Shown in pieces: positions 39,928 to 50,389 of a DNA stretch of 64,000 nt (the first letter of the stretch is position 1; each line of letters starts with the position of its first letter). Origin of the DNA: Dehalococcoidia bacterium (GTDB taxonomy: Bacteria > Chloroflexota > Dehalococcoidia > Lucifugimonadales > Australimonadaceae); contig OZ252105.1 of assembly GCA_965248455.1 (NCBI GenBank), positions 2,333,360 to 2,397,359 on the forward strand, read 5' to 3'. The position numbers and the translations under genes are program-made. A model generated the notes under the pieces. It saw nothing but the letters and a program-made list of their open reading frames with translations, did no database searches and was not told where the DNA came from.

Positions 39928-41202
39928 ATGGCCGTGGAGGAACAACGGGAGCGCGAGGACGCGAATGCCGTGCCGATGAGCCGGTGGGGTTCGTTGGTCT
40001 TCCGCGACTTTCAATTCTTCTGGGCGCATGGGCTGCTGCAGGGCGTGTCCCGGAACATGCGGGATGCGCTCACCTACTACGTGGTGTTCGATCTGTCAGG
40101 GTCGGCGTTGCAGCTGGGCGTGACGGGTATGTTCCAGGCGGTGCCCATCATCCTGTTCGGCCTGCTGGGCGGCGCGCTTGCGGACTCGATGGACCGCAAG
40201 AAGCTGCTGGTCTATACGCAGGTGGCGAACCTGGCATCCATGGTGTTGCTGGCCGCCTTGGTTTTCTCGGGTCTCGTGCAGGTATGGCACCTATGGCTCC
40301 TCGTGAGCTTCTGGTCGGCGGTCAACGTCGTAGGGCGCCCGGCGCAGCGTGCGTACCTGCCTCGGATGGTGCCGAGAAGCCACATCATGAATGCCATCAC
40401 GTGGTTCGGATCGCTGAGCCAGGGGACGCTGTTCGCGGGGCCGCTCATGGCCGGACTCTTCATCGCGTTCGTCAGTATCGGCTGGGCGTATGTCGCGAAT
40501 GCGGCGTTCCTGCTGCTTGCCGTGATAGCAACGATGGCGATTCGTGCGTCCGGGCGTCAGGAGGGCGAGCCGCGCAAGGTATCGGTGGGCGCGATATGGG
40601 AGGGCGTTCGTTTCCTGAAGACCCGCGAGGTGCTGCTGGCAACGTACCTGATGGACTTCGGCGTGATGTCGTTCGGATTCTTCCGCCCGCTCATGCCCAT
40701 CCTCGCGTTGAAGGTGTACATGGTCGGCGGGTTGGGCTTCGGCATACTTTCCGCAGCGCCGGCAGTGGGGGCTATCCTCGGCTCGGTCACGCTTCTGATG
40801 ATAGGCGACCCTCCGCGAAAGGGCATCATGATCCTGCTGTCCTATGTGGCGTACACGCTCGGCCTGATTGCGCTGGGCCTGTCGCCGTGGTTGCTGATGG
40901 CGCTTGCGGTGCTCGCGGTGCTCGGGTTCATGGATGTCATCAGTTTCACCGCGAGGCAGGCGCTCATACAGCTGGTATCGCCTGACCGGTTCCGGGGACG
41001 CGTGGGCAGCCTCTCCACGATCCTCTCAGGGTTGGGGAACTCCACGGGCTCGACGGAGATGGGCGCGCTTGCGGCAGTCGTGGGCGCGCCCGGTGCGCTG
41101 ATCATCAACGGGTTCATCGGCTTGGGCATCACCGGAGCCTCGGGGCTGAAGTGGATGGGCCTCTGGCGCTACGACCAGCGTAAGGAGAAGCCCGAGGATT
41201 AG
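39928..41202 (+). CDS. MFS transporter (MFS_3 / EntS-like)
   Basis: 424 aa with about 12 predicted TM helices and a family-typical N-terminal ..FRDFQFFWAHGLL.. Confidence 0.85.
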   Translation: MAVEEQREREDANAVPMSRWGSLVFRDFQFFWAHGLLQGVSRNMRDALTYYVVFDLSGSALQLGVTGMFQAVPIILFGLLGGALADSMDRKKLLVYTQVANLASMVLLAALVFSGLVQVWHLWLLVSFWSAVNVVGRPAQRAYLPRMVPRSHIMNAITWFGSLSQGTLFAGPLMAGLFIAFVSIGWAYVANAAFLLLAVIATMAIRASGRQEGEPRKVSVGAIWEGVRFLKTREVLLATYLMDFGVMSFGFFRPLMPILALKVYMVGGLGFGILSAAPAVGAILGSVTLLMIGDPPRKGIMILLSYVAYTLGLIALGLSPWLLMALAVLAVLGFMDVISFTARQALIQLVSPDRFRGRVGSLSTILSGLGNSTGSTEMGALAAVVGAPGALIINGFIGLGITGASGLKWMGLWRYDQRKEKPED

Positions 41203-41215
41203 CATCGGGCTGTGG

Positions 41216-41250
41216 AGGGCAAAGCCTCGCTCACTGCGAAGCTTTGCCCT
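41216..41250. terminator. hairpin between convergent MFS and gpmA genes (overlaps the gpmA 3' end)
   Basis: 10-bp stem AGGGCAAAGC / GCTTTGCCCT with a 15-nt loop. Confidence 0.4.
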
Positions 41251-41980
41251 GCGCGGCGACGGCGGCCATCGCCTGCTCGACGGCGGCCTGGTCGCCGAGG
41301 TAGCGGTGGCCGGTAGGCGTGAGGTTATCGTCGAGGTCGTAGACCAGCGGGACGCCGGTGGGGATGTTCAGGTCGATGATGTCGGCGTCGGAGATGTTGT
41401 CGAGGTGCTTCACGAGCGCGCGGAGGCTGTTGCCATGCGCGACGATGAGGACGCGCTTGCCTGCCCGGATGTCCGGCGCAATGGTGCCCTCCCAGTAGGG
41501 CACGAATCGGGCGACGGTCTCCTTGAGCGATTCGGTGAGCGGCATCTCACTCGCGGTGAGGGACGCGTAGCGCGCCTCGCGGCCGGGGTGCCGCTCGTCG
41601 CCTGGGTCGAGCGCAGGAGGAGGGACGTCGTAACTGCGGCGCCAGAGCAGCACCTGTTCCTCGCCGTGCTCCGCTGCGGTCTTCGCCTTGTTCAGCCCCT
41701 GGAGGGCACCGTAGTGCCGTTCGTTCAGCCGCCAGTTCCGGATGACGGGAAGCCACATGAGATCCATCTCGTCAAGGACGATCCAGAGGGTGCGGATGGC
41801 GCGCTTCAGAACTGACGTGTACGCCACGTCGAACGTGAAGCCCTCCTCCACCAGGAGCTGGCCGGAGCGCGTGGCCTCCTCGCGGCCCGTGTCCGTCAGA
41901 TCGACGTCCGTCCAGCCGGAGAACCGGTTGGAAAGGTTCCAGTCGCTCTCACCGTGTCGCAGAAGCACTACCTGGGGCAT
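41231..41980 (-). CDS. gpmA: 2,3-bisphosphoglycerate-dependent phosphoglycerate mutase
   Basis: 249 aa. [10 protein letters not shown] phosphohistidine motif and HGNSLRAL. Confidence 0.95.
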   Translation of the reverse strand: MPQVVLLRHGESDWNLSNRFSGWTDVDLTDTGREEATRSGQLLVEEGFTFDVAYTSVLKRAIRTLWIVLDEMDLMWLPVIRNWRLNERHYGALQGLNKAKTAAEHGEEQVLLWRRSYDVPPPALDPGDERHPGREARYASLTASEMPLTESLKETVARFVPYWEGTIAPDIRAGKRVLIVAHGNSLRALVKHLDNISDADIIDLNIPTGVPLVYDLDDNLTPTGHRYLGDQAAVEQAMAAVAAQGKASQ

Positions 41981-42037
41981 GGCCGCTGTCCTCCATCGTT
42001 GAATGGTTGCATTCTGCCACAGCGCATGTGCGCCGTC

Positions 42038-43312
42038 CTATCTCTCCTCCGGAACATAGGCGATGAAACGCTCGAACGCCTCGTTGCCAAGGAGGCGTCC
42101 GCTCTCCGTGAGGCGGAGTGCGCCGTCGCCCCATTCGAGCAGGCCGAATTCGAGGCACTCGGCCGTAGGGGTGGGAAAAGCCTGTGTGATGCCCTCCCCG
42201 AACCGGGCGCGGAACGCATCGTCGTCGACACCGTCGTTGAGGCGCAGGCCCATCATCATCGTCTCGGCCATCGCAGTCCGGCGGTCGATGGGTTCACAGT
42301 AATCGGTCGCGGCGGCGATGCGTACACTTTCCTCGTTGAGCGTCCCGCTGGCTGTCCAACCGTTGACGCGCTCGATGTACGTGCGGGGTGGCTTGGTGTT
42401 GGCGAAGCGGACGCCGAAGGAGCCGAGGCCGTGCGTCCCGTGGAGGTAGCTGTGCGCGCCTGGCCCGACGCCGAGGTAAGGCAGGCTGCGCCAGTAGGCC
42501 AGATTGTGAGTGCTCTCCCGGCCTTGCTGCGCCCAGTTCGATATCTCGTACTGTCCCAACCCTGCGGCGGCGAGTATGGTTTGACCAAGGGTGTACATCT
42601 CGGCTGCGAGGTCGGTGTCCGGCTCCGGCGTGGCGCCGAGGCGTACGTTGGCCTCCAGTGGCGTGCCCGGTTCCAGTGTGAGCGCGTAGGCGGAGAGGTG
42701 GTTCGTCTGTAGGGCGACGGCTCGTTCGAGCGAGTGCTCCCACGTTGAGACGTACTGATTCGGCAGGCCGAACATGAGGTCGATGCTGAGGTTGTCGAAA
42801 CCCGCCTGGCGTGCGTTCGCAACGGCTTGCTCCGCGTCCGCAGCAGAATGGCGGCGGCCAAGCATCGTGAGCTCGGCGTCGTCGAACGACTGTACGCCCA
42901 TCGAGATGCGGTTGAAGCCCGCGCCGCGTATCGCCTGCAGGCGCTCTCGTGCACAATCGCCGGGATTCGCCTCGATCGTGGCCTCAGCATCGCTGGGGAG
43001 ATCGAAGGCGGACGTGATCGTCTGCATGAGGCGTTGGAGGCTGTGCGTCGGGAGGTAGGAAGGCGTGCCGCCGCCGAAGAAGACACTGGCGAGCGTGGGC
43101 CGCTCCAGCCACGCACCCCACTGCTCGATCTCACGGGCAAGCGCGTCAACGTAGCCGGGCATGAGCGTCTCGATGCCCGCGTAGGTATTGAAGTCGCAAT
43201 ACGGGCACTTCGATAGGCAGAAAGGGATGTGGACGTAGAGCGCGAGCGCAAAGTGAGCGTTTGAGTGAGGTTGCGTAGCCGGGGTTACTCTCGGCGACTG
43301 TTCGTTAGACAT
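42038..43312 (-). CDS. hemW: radical SAM family heme chaperone HemW (HemN-like, oxygen-independent coproporphyrinogen oxidase-like)
   Basis: Radical-SAM CLSKCPYCDF and a HemN C-terminal domain. The start chosen is the ATG at 43312, which overlaps the ychF stop by 8 nt. The track ORF is over-extended. Confidence 0.85.
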   Translation of the reverse strand: MSNEQSPRVTPATQPHSNAHFALALYVHIPFCLSKCPYCDFNTYAGIETLMPGYVDALAREIEQWGAWLERPTLASVFFGGGTPSYLPTHSLQRLMQTITSAFDLPSDAEATIEANPGDCARERLQAIRGAGFNRISMGVQSFDDAELTMLGRRHSAADAEQAVANARQAGFDNLSIDLMFGLPNQYVSTWEHSLERAVALQTNHLSAYALTLEPGTPLEANVRLGATPEPDTDLAAEMYTLGQTILAAAGLGQYEISNWAQQGRESTHNLAYWRSLPYLGVGPGAHSYLHGTHGLGSFGVRFANTKPPRTYIERVNGWTASGTLNEESVRIAAATDYCEPIDRRTAMAETMMMGLRLNDGVDDDAFRARFGEGITQAFPTPTAECLEFGLLEWGDGALRLTESGRLLGNEAFERFIAYVPEER

Positions 43313-44405
43313 TGAAAAGGAAGTTGACGACATCGCCGTCCTGCATAACGTAGGTTTTGCCCTCCGTGCGGAGGACGGCCTGCTTGCGTGCTTCGGCGAT
43401 GCTGCGGGTACGCGCAAGTTCCTCGTAGGCGACAGTCTCGGCGCGAATGAACCCGCGTTGGATGTCCGAATGTATCTTCCCTGCGGCTTCGACGGCGGTC
43501 ATGCCTTTCGTGATGGTCCAGGCGCGCGTCTCGTCCTCGCCTGTCGTTAGGAACGATATGAGGCCGAGCAGATCGTAGGAAAGATTGATCATCCGGTCGA
43601 GGCCAGGCTCACCCGCGCTGAGCGATTCGCGGAAGTCGGCCTCGTCTTCGGGGGTCATCGCGGCGAGTTCCATCTCCAGTTTGCCACAGAGCGCCGCGGT
43701 GCCCACGCCGCTCCGGGTGAGCTGCGCGGTCATCTCCGCTTCGATGTCCACCGTGCGGCTCACGTCGTCCTCGCCGATGTTGAACACGATGATGAGAGGC
43801 TTGGCACTGAGCAGTTGGAAGTTATCGAGCAGCGGTTTGGCCTCGGCGGGCAGCGCTTGCTCGCGGACGGGCGTCTCATTCTCCAGTCCGGCCTTGATGG
43901 TCGACAGCAGCTCCTGCTCCCGTATGAGGTGGTCGCGCTCCGACTGCCTCGCCGACTTGAGTTGGGAGGTGATGCGCTCCTGCCGCTTTTCGAGGATGGC
44001 GAGATCGGAGAAGGTGAGTTCCATCTGCATCGTGGCGGCGTCGCGGTACGGGTCAACGGTCTCCTGCACGTGCGGCACGGAAGGATCGCTGAAGGCGCGG
44101 GCGACCAACAGGAGAGAGTCGCACCGCTGGAGGAGGTTGAGGTACTCTCCGCCGATGCCCTTAGTCTTACCGAATCCTTCCGGCGCCGCGGGGATGTCTA
44201 TGTATTCGACCTCCGCAGGGATGATCTTACGAGGCTTGGAGATCTCGGCGAGTACGCTGAGGCGCGGGTCGGGTACTTTGGCGACTCCTATGTTGGGCTG
44301 GGATGCGCCGGCGCGGAAGGAGGCGGTGTCAGCGTGCCCGCGCGTTACGGCGTTGAAGATAGTCGTCTTGCCGGAGAGTGGAAGGCCGAAGATGCCGATG
44401 GCCAA
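43305..44405 (-). CDS. ychF: redox-regulated ATPase YchF
   Basis: 366 aa from the TTG at 44405 (GAGG SD). G1 motif GLPLSGKTT and a C-terminal TGS-like ..VMQDGDVVNFLFNV. The 602-aa track ORF runs into the mrp operon and is over-extended. Confidence 0.88.
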   Translation of the reverse strand: MAIGIFGLPLSGKTTIFNAVTRGHADTASFRAGASQPNIGVAKVPDPRLSVLAEISKPRKIIPAEVEYIDIPAAPEGFGKTKGIGGEYLNLLQRCDSLLLVARAFSDPSVPHVQETVDPYRDAATMQMELTFSDLAILEKRQERITSQLKSARQSERDHLIREQELLSTIKAGLENETPVREQALPAEAKPLLDNFQLLSAKPLIIVFNIGEDDVSRTVDIEAEMTAQLTRSGVGTAALCGKLEMELAAMTPEDEADFRESLSAGEPGLDRMINLSYDLLGLISFLTTGEDETRAWTITKGMTAVEAAGKIHSDIQRGFIRAETVAYEELARTRSIAEARKQAVLRTEGKTYVMQDGDVVNFLFNV

Positions 44406-44482
44406 GGAAAACCTCGGGAGATAGAGATAGGGCCGCGCGGCGCGGAAGCCACGCTCCACGGGTACGATTCTATCGCACGTGG

Positions 44483-46273
44483 TCAGCCGAGCGCCTGCGC
44501 GAGGAGGATTGCGGCGAAGGTGAGGAACAGAATGGCGATGGCGATGCCGATGGGCGGACGGCCAAGGAAAGCGATGGCCGCGCCCGGCCCGTTGCGCCGA
44601 GCGTAAGAGCTGAGACTGAGAACCGTTGCCCGTCCCGCGGCAGGGGCGGATGCGATGATGGCGACGCGTTGTGTGATGGCGCCTACCAGTCGTTCGCAGA
44701 AGGAGAAGAGCGACTCGAGCGGCTGCTGGATGAGTATGCGCACAGGAGCGCCGGCCTTGCGGTAGAACCAATCCGTGTCGAGCACCGTGGCGTCGCGTGG
44801 CCGGAGGAGGTAGATCGTCAACAAGCTGCCGGCCACCGCCAACAGCATGAACTGCACCGTGAACACGGTTGGGGCGACGTGGAAGCCTTCGGGAACGTGG
44901 ATATGGATGTGGAGCAGGTCGAAGAGTGGCGCCAGGTAGAAGTTGATTGCAAGGCCGAGCCCTCCGGCCACAGCCATTGCGAGGTACATGGTTATCGGGA
45001 TCGGCCTGAGCTTGATGTCTCGCTTTGCGCCGAAGAACGCGTAGTAGGGCAGACGTATGAGGAGGGCGGGCACTGTCGCGGCGGATGCGATCGTGACCAT
45101 TGCGATGATCCAAAACGGGTTGATGGGGAAGGCCGATTCGAGTAGGTACAGGCGGGTATTGTCCGCGCCGAATAGCTCGGGGGACAGGAGCGGAGCCAGG
45201 CTATGCACATCGTGCAGTAGCGGGATGAACGTGATCGAGATCGCTGGGATCATGTACAGCAGCAGCACCCACCGCAGTGACGACCGCGCCAGGCCTCCCA
45301 GTTCCGTGAGTTTCGAGGTTCCGGTGGCATAGAGCACTGCGCCCATGCCCATCACCATCAGGCCCTGCCAGACGATATGCTCGAATGCAGTATGGGCTGT
45401 GGTCTCGAGCGCGTCGTTTCCGCCGACGCCCACGGCTATGACCATGATGCCGACCTGGCTGATGATGTGAAAGGCGATGATCCGCCGGATGTCGTTCTGC
45501 ATGAGCGCGTAGATCGTGCCGTGCAATGCCATGAACGCTCCGATGATGAGCAGAACGCCCCACCCGGAGAAGAGGACAGCGAGCACGTAGACGGCGCTCT
45601 TGGTCGTGAACGCGCCGAGGAAGACCATGCCCGTGGGACTCGATTCCGGGTAGGCGTCTGATAGCCACGCATGCAACGGGAAGGCGGCGGCGTTCACCAG
45701 CACGCCGATCAGCGCCAGCCATCCGGCCCCGCCCTCGAACGTGGTGATCGCGAATGACCCTGTATCGCCTGCGTGCCACAGGATGCCCCCGAGGAGCGCG
45801 CTGCCTCCCGCGATGTGCACGAAGATGTAACGCTTCGCTGCTGCCAGTGAGCGCGCTCTGCCCCCGTTTGCGATGAGGAAGAACGAGGTGATAGAGGCCA
45901 ATTCCCAGAAAGTGATGAGCGTTATGAGGTCTCCTGCGAGCACCACGCCGAGAGCGCATCCGGCGTAGGCGAGAGCGGCGCTCTGCTGGATGCGCTGCCG
46001 GACGTGCAAGGCGAAGATTCCTCCGCCCAGGGCGACGAAGGTGAAGACAGTGGCCCAGACGCGATTCAGGTCGTTGACGTCCAGGAGGTTGAGGCTGATC
46101 CCCGCCAGGTGGACTTCCAGCGAAGAGGTATCGTTCAGCCAAAGCAACAATTGAACGAGCACGAGCACGGGGGCGGCGAGAAATGCGTAGGCACGGACGC
46201 GCGCCGGAAGGATGGGAACGATGACAGCTCCGGCCAGCATGATGAAGACAGGAGGGAAGTTACTCATCGGCAT
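44483..46273 (-). CDS. Mrp/NuoM-N-type antiporter-like subunit (MrpD-like, third copy)
   Basis: 596 aa polytopic protein with ..PLHAWLSDAYPESSPTGMVFLGAFTTKSAVY.. proton-pump motif. Confidence 0.8.
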   Translation of the reverse strand: MPMSNFPPVFIMLAGAVIVPILPARVRAYAFLAAPVLVLVQLLLWLNDTSSLEVHLAGISLNLLDVNDLNRVWATVFTFVALGGGIFALHVRQRIQQSAALAYAGCALGVVLAGDLITLITFWELASITSFFLIANGGRARSLAAAKRYIFVHIAGGSALLGGILWHAGDTGSFAITTFEGGAGWLALIGVLVNAAAFPLHAWLSDAYPESSPTGMVFLGAFTTKSAVYVLAVLFSGWGVLLIIGAFMALHGTIYALMQNDIRRIIAFHIISQVGIMVIAVGVGGNDALETTAHTAFEHIVWQGLMVMGMGAVLYATGTSKLTELGGLARSSLRWVLLLYMIPAISITFIPLLHDVHSLAPLLSPELFGADNTRLYLLESAFPINPFWIIAMVTIASAATVPALLIRLPYYAFFGAKRDIKLRPIPITMYLAMAVAGGLGLAINFYLAPLFDLLHIHIHVPEGFHVAPTVFTVQFMLLAVAGSLLTIYLLRPRDATVLDTDWFYRKAGAPVRILIQQPLESLFSFCERLVGAITQRVAIIASAPAAGRATVLSLSSYARRNGPGAAIAFLGRPPIGIAIAILFLTFAAILLAQALG

Positions 46274-46505
46274 CTTCCTCTCCGTAGGGGTCGTCTTCCC
46301 TTACCAGCCCGGCGCGCGTTGCAGCCCACACCAGCACAGCTGCGCCCACGGCTCCCGCGAGGCCAACGGACGCCCAGAACAGGGGGAAGGATTCTTCCCA
46401 GAACCGCGACTCGATGTGCCCTCTATCCACAAAGAACAGTTCGAGCGCAGCGGCTATCGCGATAGCCCCCAGAAGGACGTCAAGCGCTGTTCTTGATATT
46501 CTCAT
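46260..46505 (-). CDS. 81-aa two-TM membrane protein with an acidic tail, embedded in the mrp operon
   Basis: MRISRTALDVLLGAIAIAAALELFF...AGAVGAAVLVWAAT...DDPYGEEDADE. ATGA overlap with the upstream gene and 14-nt overlap with the downstream gene. Confidence 0.6.
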   Translation of the reverse strand: MRISRTALDVLLGAIAIAAALELFFVDRGHIESRFWEESFPLFWASVGLAGAVGAAVLVWAATRAGLVREDDPYGEEDADE

Positions 46506-48019
46506 CGTGCGCCTCCGGCGAGCGCTGTGGCATTCGGGAATGCTTGCGCTGCGACGGTCGATGCGAGTTCGAAGAAGCTCAGCGGGAAGTCGGGGACGAC
46601 GCCCCACAGCAAGGCCAGGACGCCCGCGAGCGTGATGGGTATGACCATTCGTAGGTCGGCTTCACCATATCTCGTGTGATTAGGGGACGAGCGCCAGAAC
46701 GCGCGGAAGATGATGGGGAAGAGGTAGCCCGCGCTGAGGACACTGCTTATGAGGAAGGCTAAACGGAATATCGGTTGATCAACCTCCGTTGCGCCCCAGA
46801 CGAGATACAGCTTGCTCGTGAACAGGATGAATGGGGGGATGCCCACCATGCTGAGAACGGCGATGGAGAAAGCGCCCATGGTGATGGGCATCTGGCGTCC
46901 TATGCCGTCCAGTTCGCTGACGTTCTCTTTATGCGTGCGAGCGTGGATGGCGCCCGCGACGAAGAAGAGAGCGATCTTAGTGACGCCGTGGCCGATGAGG
47001 TGCAGCAGTGCCCCGGTGAGCGCGAGCGGGCCGAGCAGCGCCACGCCAAGCACGATGTACGAGAGGTGGCTGATGGTCGAATAGGCCAACCGACGCTTGA
47101 GGTTGTCATGTCGCAGGGCGAGCGTGGAGGCGATGAGGACAGTTGCACCGGACATGACGGCGATGACGATCCATGCGCCCATGTCGTCGAGGAGGACTGC
47201 TCCGAACACGAAGACGACGACTCGTACTACGCCGAATACGCCTGCTTTCACGACAGCAACGGCATGCAGCAGGGCAGAAACGGGCGTTGGCGCGACCATC
47301 GCGCTCGGCAGCCAGCTGTGCATCGGCATGACGGCGGCCTTCACGGCTACGCCTGCCATGAGGAGACCGAACAGCATCCACTGCACAGGGCGGGAGACGT
47401 CGGCGCTGTCGAGGAATCCTCCTGCCTGGAAGGTTCCATCGATGCCCATGATGTATACCCATGCGGTTGCGCCCATGAGCATGAGTCCGCCTGAGAGGGT
47501 GTAGGCCAGATACTTCCTGCCCGCGCTTATCGCGGTCTCCGTCTCGCGGTGGGTTACGAGCGGATAGGTGAACAGGGTGAGCAGTTCGTAGAAGAGGACG
47601 AAGGTGAACAGGTTCTCAGCGAATGCTACCCCCACGGCGGCGGCGATGCTCAGCCCAAAAGCGGCGAAGAACCGCGTCTGCTTGTGCTCATGTTCGCTGC
47701 GCATGTAGCCGACGGCGTAGACGCCCGTGAGCACCCACAGCGCCGAGATGAGGAGTCCGAAGATCATGCCTGCGGGGTCGGCGCGCAGTGCAACCTCTAT
47801 GCCCGGCGAGATCGTGATGAGGGCGGTTCGGGGTATGCGGCCATCCAGCGTGTCGTTCAGCATCAGCACGACAATCGCGACGAGCGCGACAGCGGCGATG
47901 GTCGACCAGGCGTCGCGCAGATTGGGCCATCGAGCGGTGGTGAGGGCGACAAGTCCGGCAGCGCCTACCGGAATCAGGACGGCGACGAATGGCAGGGGTG
48001 AGGAGAAGGTCTCCGTCAT
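46502..48019 (-). CDS. MrpA/NuoL-type antiporter-like subunit (N-terminal module only)
   Basis: About 505 aa from the ATG at 48019 (ATGA overlap). HSWLPSAMVAPTPVSALLHAVAVVKAG is the NuoL/MrpA-type motif. Confidence 0.8.
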   Translation of the reverse strand: MTETFSSPLPFVAVLIPVGAAGLVALTTARWPNLRDAWSTIAAVALVAIVVLMLNDTLDGRIPRTALITISPGIEVALRADPAGMIFGLLISALWVLTGVYAVGYMRSEHEHKQTRFFAAFGLSIAAAVGVAFAENLFTFVLFYELLTLFTYPLVTHRETETAISAGRKYLAYTLSGGLMLMGATAWVYIMGIDGTFQAGGFLDSADVSRPVQWMLFGLLMAGVAVKAAVMPMHSWLPSAMVAPTPVSALLHAVAVVKAGVFGVVRVVVFVFGAVLLDDMGAWIVIAVMSGATVLIASTLALRHDNLKRRLAYSTISHLSYIVLGVALLGPLALTGALLHLIGHGVTKIALFFVAGAIHARTHKENVSELDGIGRQMPITMGAFSIAVLSMVGIPPFILFTSKLYLVWGATEVDQPIFRLAFLISSVLSAGYLFPIIFRAFWRSSPNHTRYGEADLRMVIPITLAGVLALLWGVVPDFPLSFFELASTVAAQAFPNATALAGGAR

Positions 48020-49545
48020 GACACCCCCGGCGTGAGGACATGCTCGAAGATGAGCACGTTGAATATACCGAGCGCGACCACCGCTGCTGCGAGCAGGACG
48101 ATCGGCAGCCATGCATCGACGGGGCTCTCCGTCGCACGGTCAACGGTCACGCGCGTCGGTTTCTCGATAGTGATGGGGGCAGGATGTGCATCGTCGCCGT
48201 CGTGGTACGGTGATGGTTCAGGTTGGGCTGGCCGCAGGTAGACCTGCTCCAGCACCCGGAAGAGGTAGACGGCGGTGAGCAGGCTGCTGAGGAGTACGAT
48301 TACAGCGACAGCCCACTGGCCATCGTCGATGCCGGCCTGCACCATGTACCACTTGCTGAAGAAACCAGCCGTGGGCGGAATGCCGACCATGGAGATTGCG
48401 CCAACCGTAAACGCGGCCATCGTGATGGGCATGTGACGGCCCAGACTCGCCAGGTTGTTCACGCGCTGCACACGCGCCTGCATCCGGATCGATGCCGTGG
48501 CTAGGAAGAGCGTGGCTTTCATCGCGGCGTGATTGGCGACGTGCAGCAGCGCGGCGGCCAGTGCGAGAGGGGTGCCGATGCCGATGCCGATGGCGATGAA
48601 TGCCAACTGACCGATGCTGCTGTAGGCGAGCATCCGGCGCAGGTCAGGCTGGGCGATGGCGGCAATCGAGCCGAAGACGACACCAGCCAGCCCGAGCAGC
48701 ACGAGGGCGTCTGCTATCGGTATCGCGCTGGCGAGGTATCCGGCTGGGAAGACGCTCAGGAACATCCGAATCATGGCGTAGGCCGCGACCTTGGTCATGA
48801 TGGGCGCGATGAGCGAATTCACCGACGAGGGGGCGTACTGGTAAGCGTCAGGCAGCCAGAAGTGCAGCGGTACGAGCGCCATCTTGAGCCCGAGGCCGAT
48901 GAAGATCAGTACTGCGCCCGCCTGTGCGGCTCGTTCGCTCGGGGTTACTGCGATCAGCTCTTTCGCCTCGGCCATGTTGAGCGTGCCTGTGGCGAAATAA
49001 ATGAAGCCGACGCCGAGGAGGTAGAGGGCGCCTCCAATGGAGCCGATGATGAGATAGCGGAAGCCTGCGGCCATAGCTCTCCGCCCGCCGATGAATACGA
49101 GCGCGTAGGCCGCGAGCGAGGCGATCTCCAGGAAGACGAACAGGTTGAAGAGGTCACCGGTAACGACGATGCCCGTAAGCCCCGCCAGCAGGAGCAGCAC
49201 GAGGCTATAGAACACGCCGATACGGTCCCCGGACTCACGCAGCGCCCATCGCCGCGTCGAGATGACGACGAGCAGGGAGACACTGGTGACGACGAGGCTG
49301 ACGAACGCGGCGACTTCATCTACGACGTATTCGATGCCTACGGGCGGCTCCCACCCGCTCAGGTGGTAGCGGAAGGTTCCTTCCTGCAGTACGCGGGCCA
49401 GCGCTATCCCCGAGGCTGCGGTCGAAAGGGCGATGGCTGCGACGGCGATGGGGAAGGCGCTCCAGCCGCGCAGCCGCCCTGCGAGAGGCACCAGTATCGA
49501 AAAGAGGAGTAGTACCCCAGGGATGAGTATGGGCAACTGCTCCAT
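48016..49545 (-). CDS. mrpD: Mrp/NuoN-type antiporter-like subunit (MrpD-like)
   Basis: 509 aa with ..LHFWLPDAYQYAPSSVNSLIAPIMTKVAAY.. Confidence 0.82.
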   Translation of the reverse strand: MEQLPILIPGVLLLFSILVPLAGRLRGWSAFPIAVAAIALSTAASGIALARVLQEGTFRYHLSGWEPPVGIEYVVDEVAAFVSLVVTSVSLLVVISTRRWALRESGDRIGVFYSLVLLLLAGLTGIVVTGDLFNLFVFLEIASLAAYALVFIGGRRAMAAGFRYLIIGSIGGALYLLGVGFIYFATGTLNMAEAKELIAVTPSERAAQAGAVLIFIGLGLKMALVPLHFWLPDAYQYAPSSVNSLIAPIMTKVAAYAMIRMFLSVFPAGYLASAIPIADALVLLGLAGVVFGSIAAIAQPDLRRMLAYSSIGQLAFIAIGIGIGTPLALAAALLHVANHAAMKATLFLATASIRMQARVQRVNNLASLGRHMPITMAAFTVGAISMVGIPPTAGFFSKWYMVQAGIDDGQWAVAVIVLLSSLLTAVYLFRVLEQVYLRPAQPEPSPYHDGDDAHPAPITIEKPTRVTVDRATESPVDAWLPIVLLAAAVVALGIFNVLIFEHVLTPGVS

Positions 49546-49548
49546 TGG

Positions 49549-49926
49549 CTATCTGCTCATTTCATCGAGGAGTACCTGCTCATCCAGGGTTCCGAATTCG
49601 CGGTAGATGCTGATGAGGAAACTCAATGCCACGCCTGTGATTGCGACGCCAACGACGATCGCGGTAAGCATGAGTACGTGCGGAAGAGGATTCACGAAAT
49701 CGTGGGGATCGACGTGGCCCTCGCCGTGGGCGCCGTAAAGGATGGGGACGGTGGCCCCGTCCACCAGCGATCCACTGATGAAGAACAGGATGATTGCAGA
49801 CTGGAAGATGTTCAGCCCTATGACCTGCTTGACGAGACTTCGCTTGCCGATCATGCCGTAGAGGCCGACAGCCAGCAGAATCGCGGTGGCCCAGTAAGGG
49901 AAGCGTGCCGTGATCTCTTCAATCAT
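49549..49926 (-). CDS. mrpC: Mrp subunit C (NuoK-like)
   Basis: MIEEITARFPYWATAILLAVGLYGMIGKRSLVKQVIGLNIFQSAIILFFIS matches the MnhC/NuoK family. Start chosen at 49926. Confidence 0.8.
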   Translation of the reverse strand: MIEEITARFPYWATAILLAVGLYGMIGKRSLVKQVIGLNIFQSAIILFFISGSLVDGATVPILYGAHGEGHVDPHDFVNPLPHVLMLTAIVVGVAITGVALSFLISIYREFGTLDEQVLLDEMSR

Positions 49927-50389
49927 CGCTGAATTCATCAGTGTGGAGTTCATCCGTGAGGTGTTCGTAGATGATGACCAGGACGCTTGCGACGCCAAAG
50001 AAGACGCCGACTTCTACGATGAAGATGCCCATTGCGCGAGTGGTGTGGTGCTCACCGGCGAAATCGTTGAACCACTGCAACGGGATGACGGAGTAGTCCA
50101 GGAAGTTCGATCCGAAGATGAGCGGGAGGATGCCGCCGAGCATGTAGACGCCCAGCCCGATGCAGGCCACCCAGATCAGCAGGCTCATCGAGAAGCGTTG
50201 GCCTTTCTGATCGCCAAGCGTAAGTCGTGCGAGGATGATGGCCGCAGCCACGATGGCGCCTGCCTGGAACCCTCCGCCCGGGCTGGACTCTCCGTGTATA
50301 AGGACGTACACGCCGAAGACGAGGAGGAGCGGCATCATGAAGTCCCGTACGATGAGCGGCAGTACGACGCCGGCGTGGTGAGTGGTCAT
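49919..50389 (-). CDS. mrpB: Mrp subunit B (MnhB domain)
   Basis: 156 aa with ..HGESSPGGGFQAGAIVAAAIIL.., the hallmark of the MnhB domain. Confidence 0.8.
   Translation of the reverse strand: MTTHHAGVVLPLIVRDFMMPLLLVFGVYVLIHGESSPGGGFQAGAIVAAAIILARLTLGDQKGQRFSMSLLIWVACIGLGVYMLGGILPLIFGSNFLDYSVIPLQWFNDFAGEHHTTRAMGIFIVEVGVFFGVASVLVIIYEHLTDELHTDEFSDD

Noticed and set aside
43305-45113. 602-aa ORF suggesting a large N-terminally extended YchF
   Set aside because: The N-terminal 236 codons are Arg/Pro-rich off-frame sequence overlapping the last mrpD-like gene. A TTG with an SD at 44405 gives a canonical 366-aa YchF.
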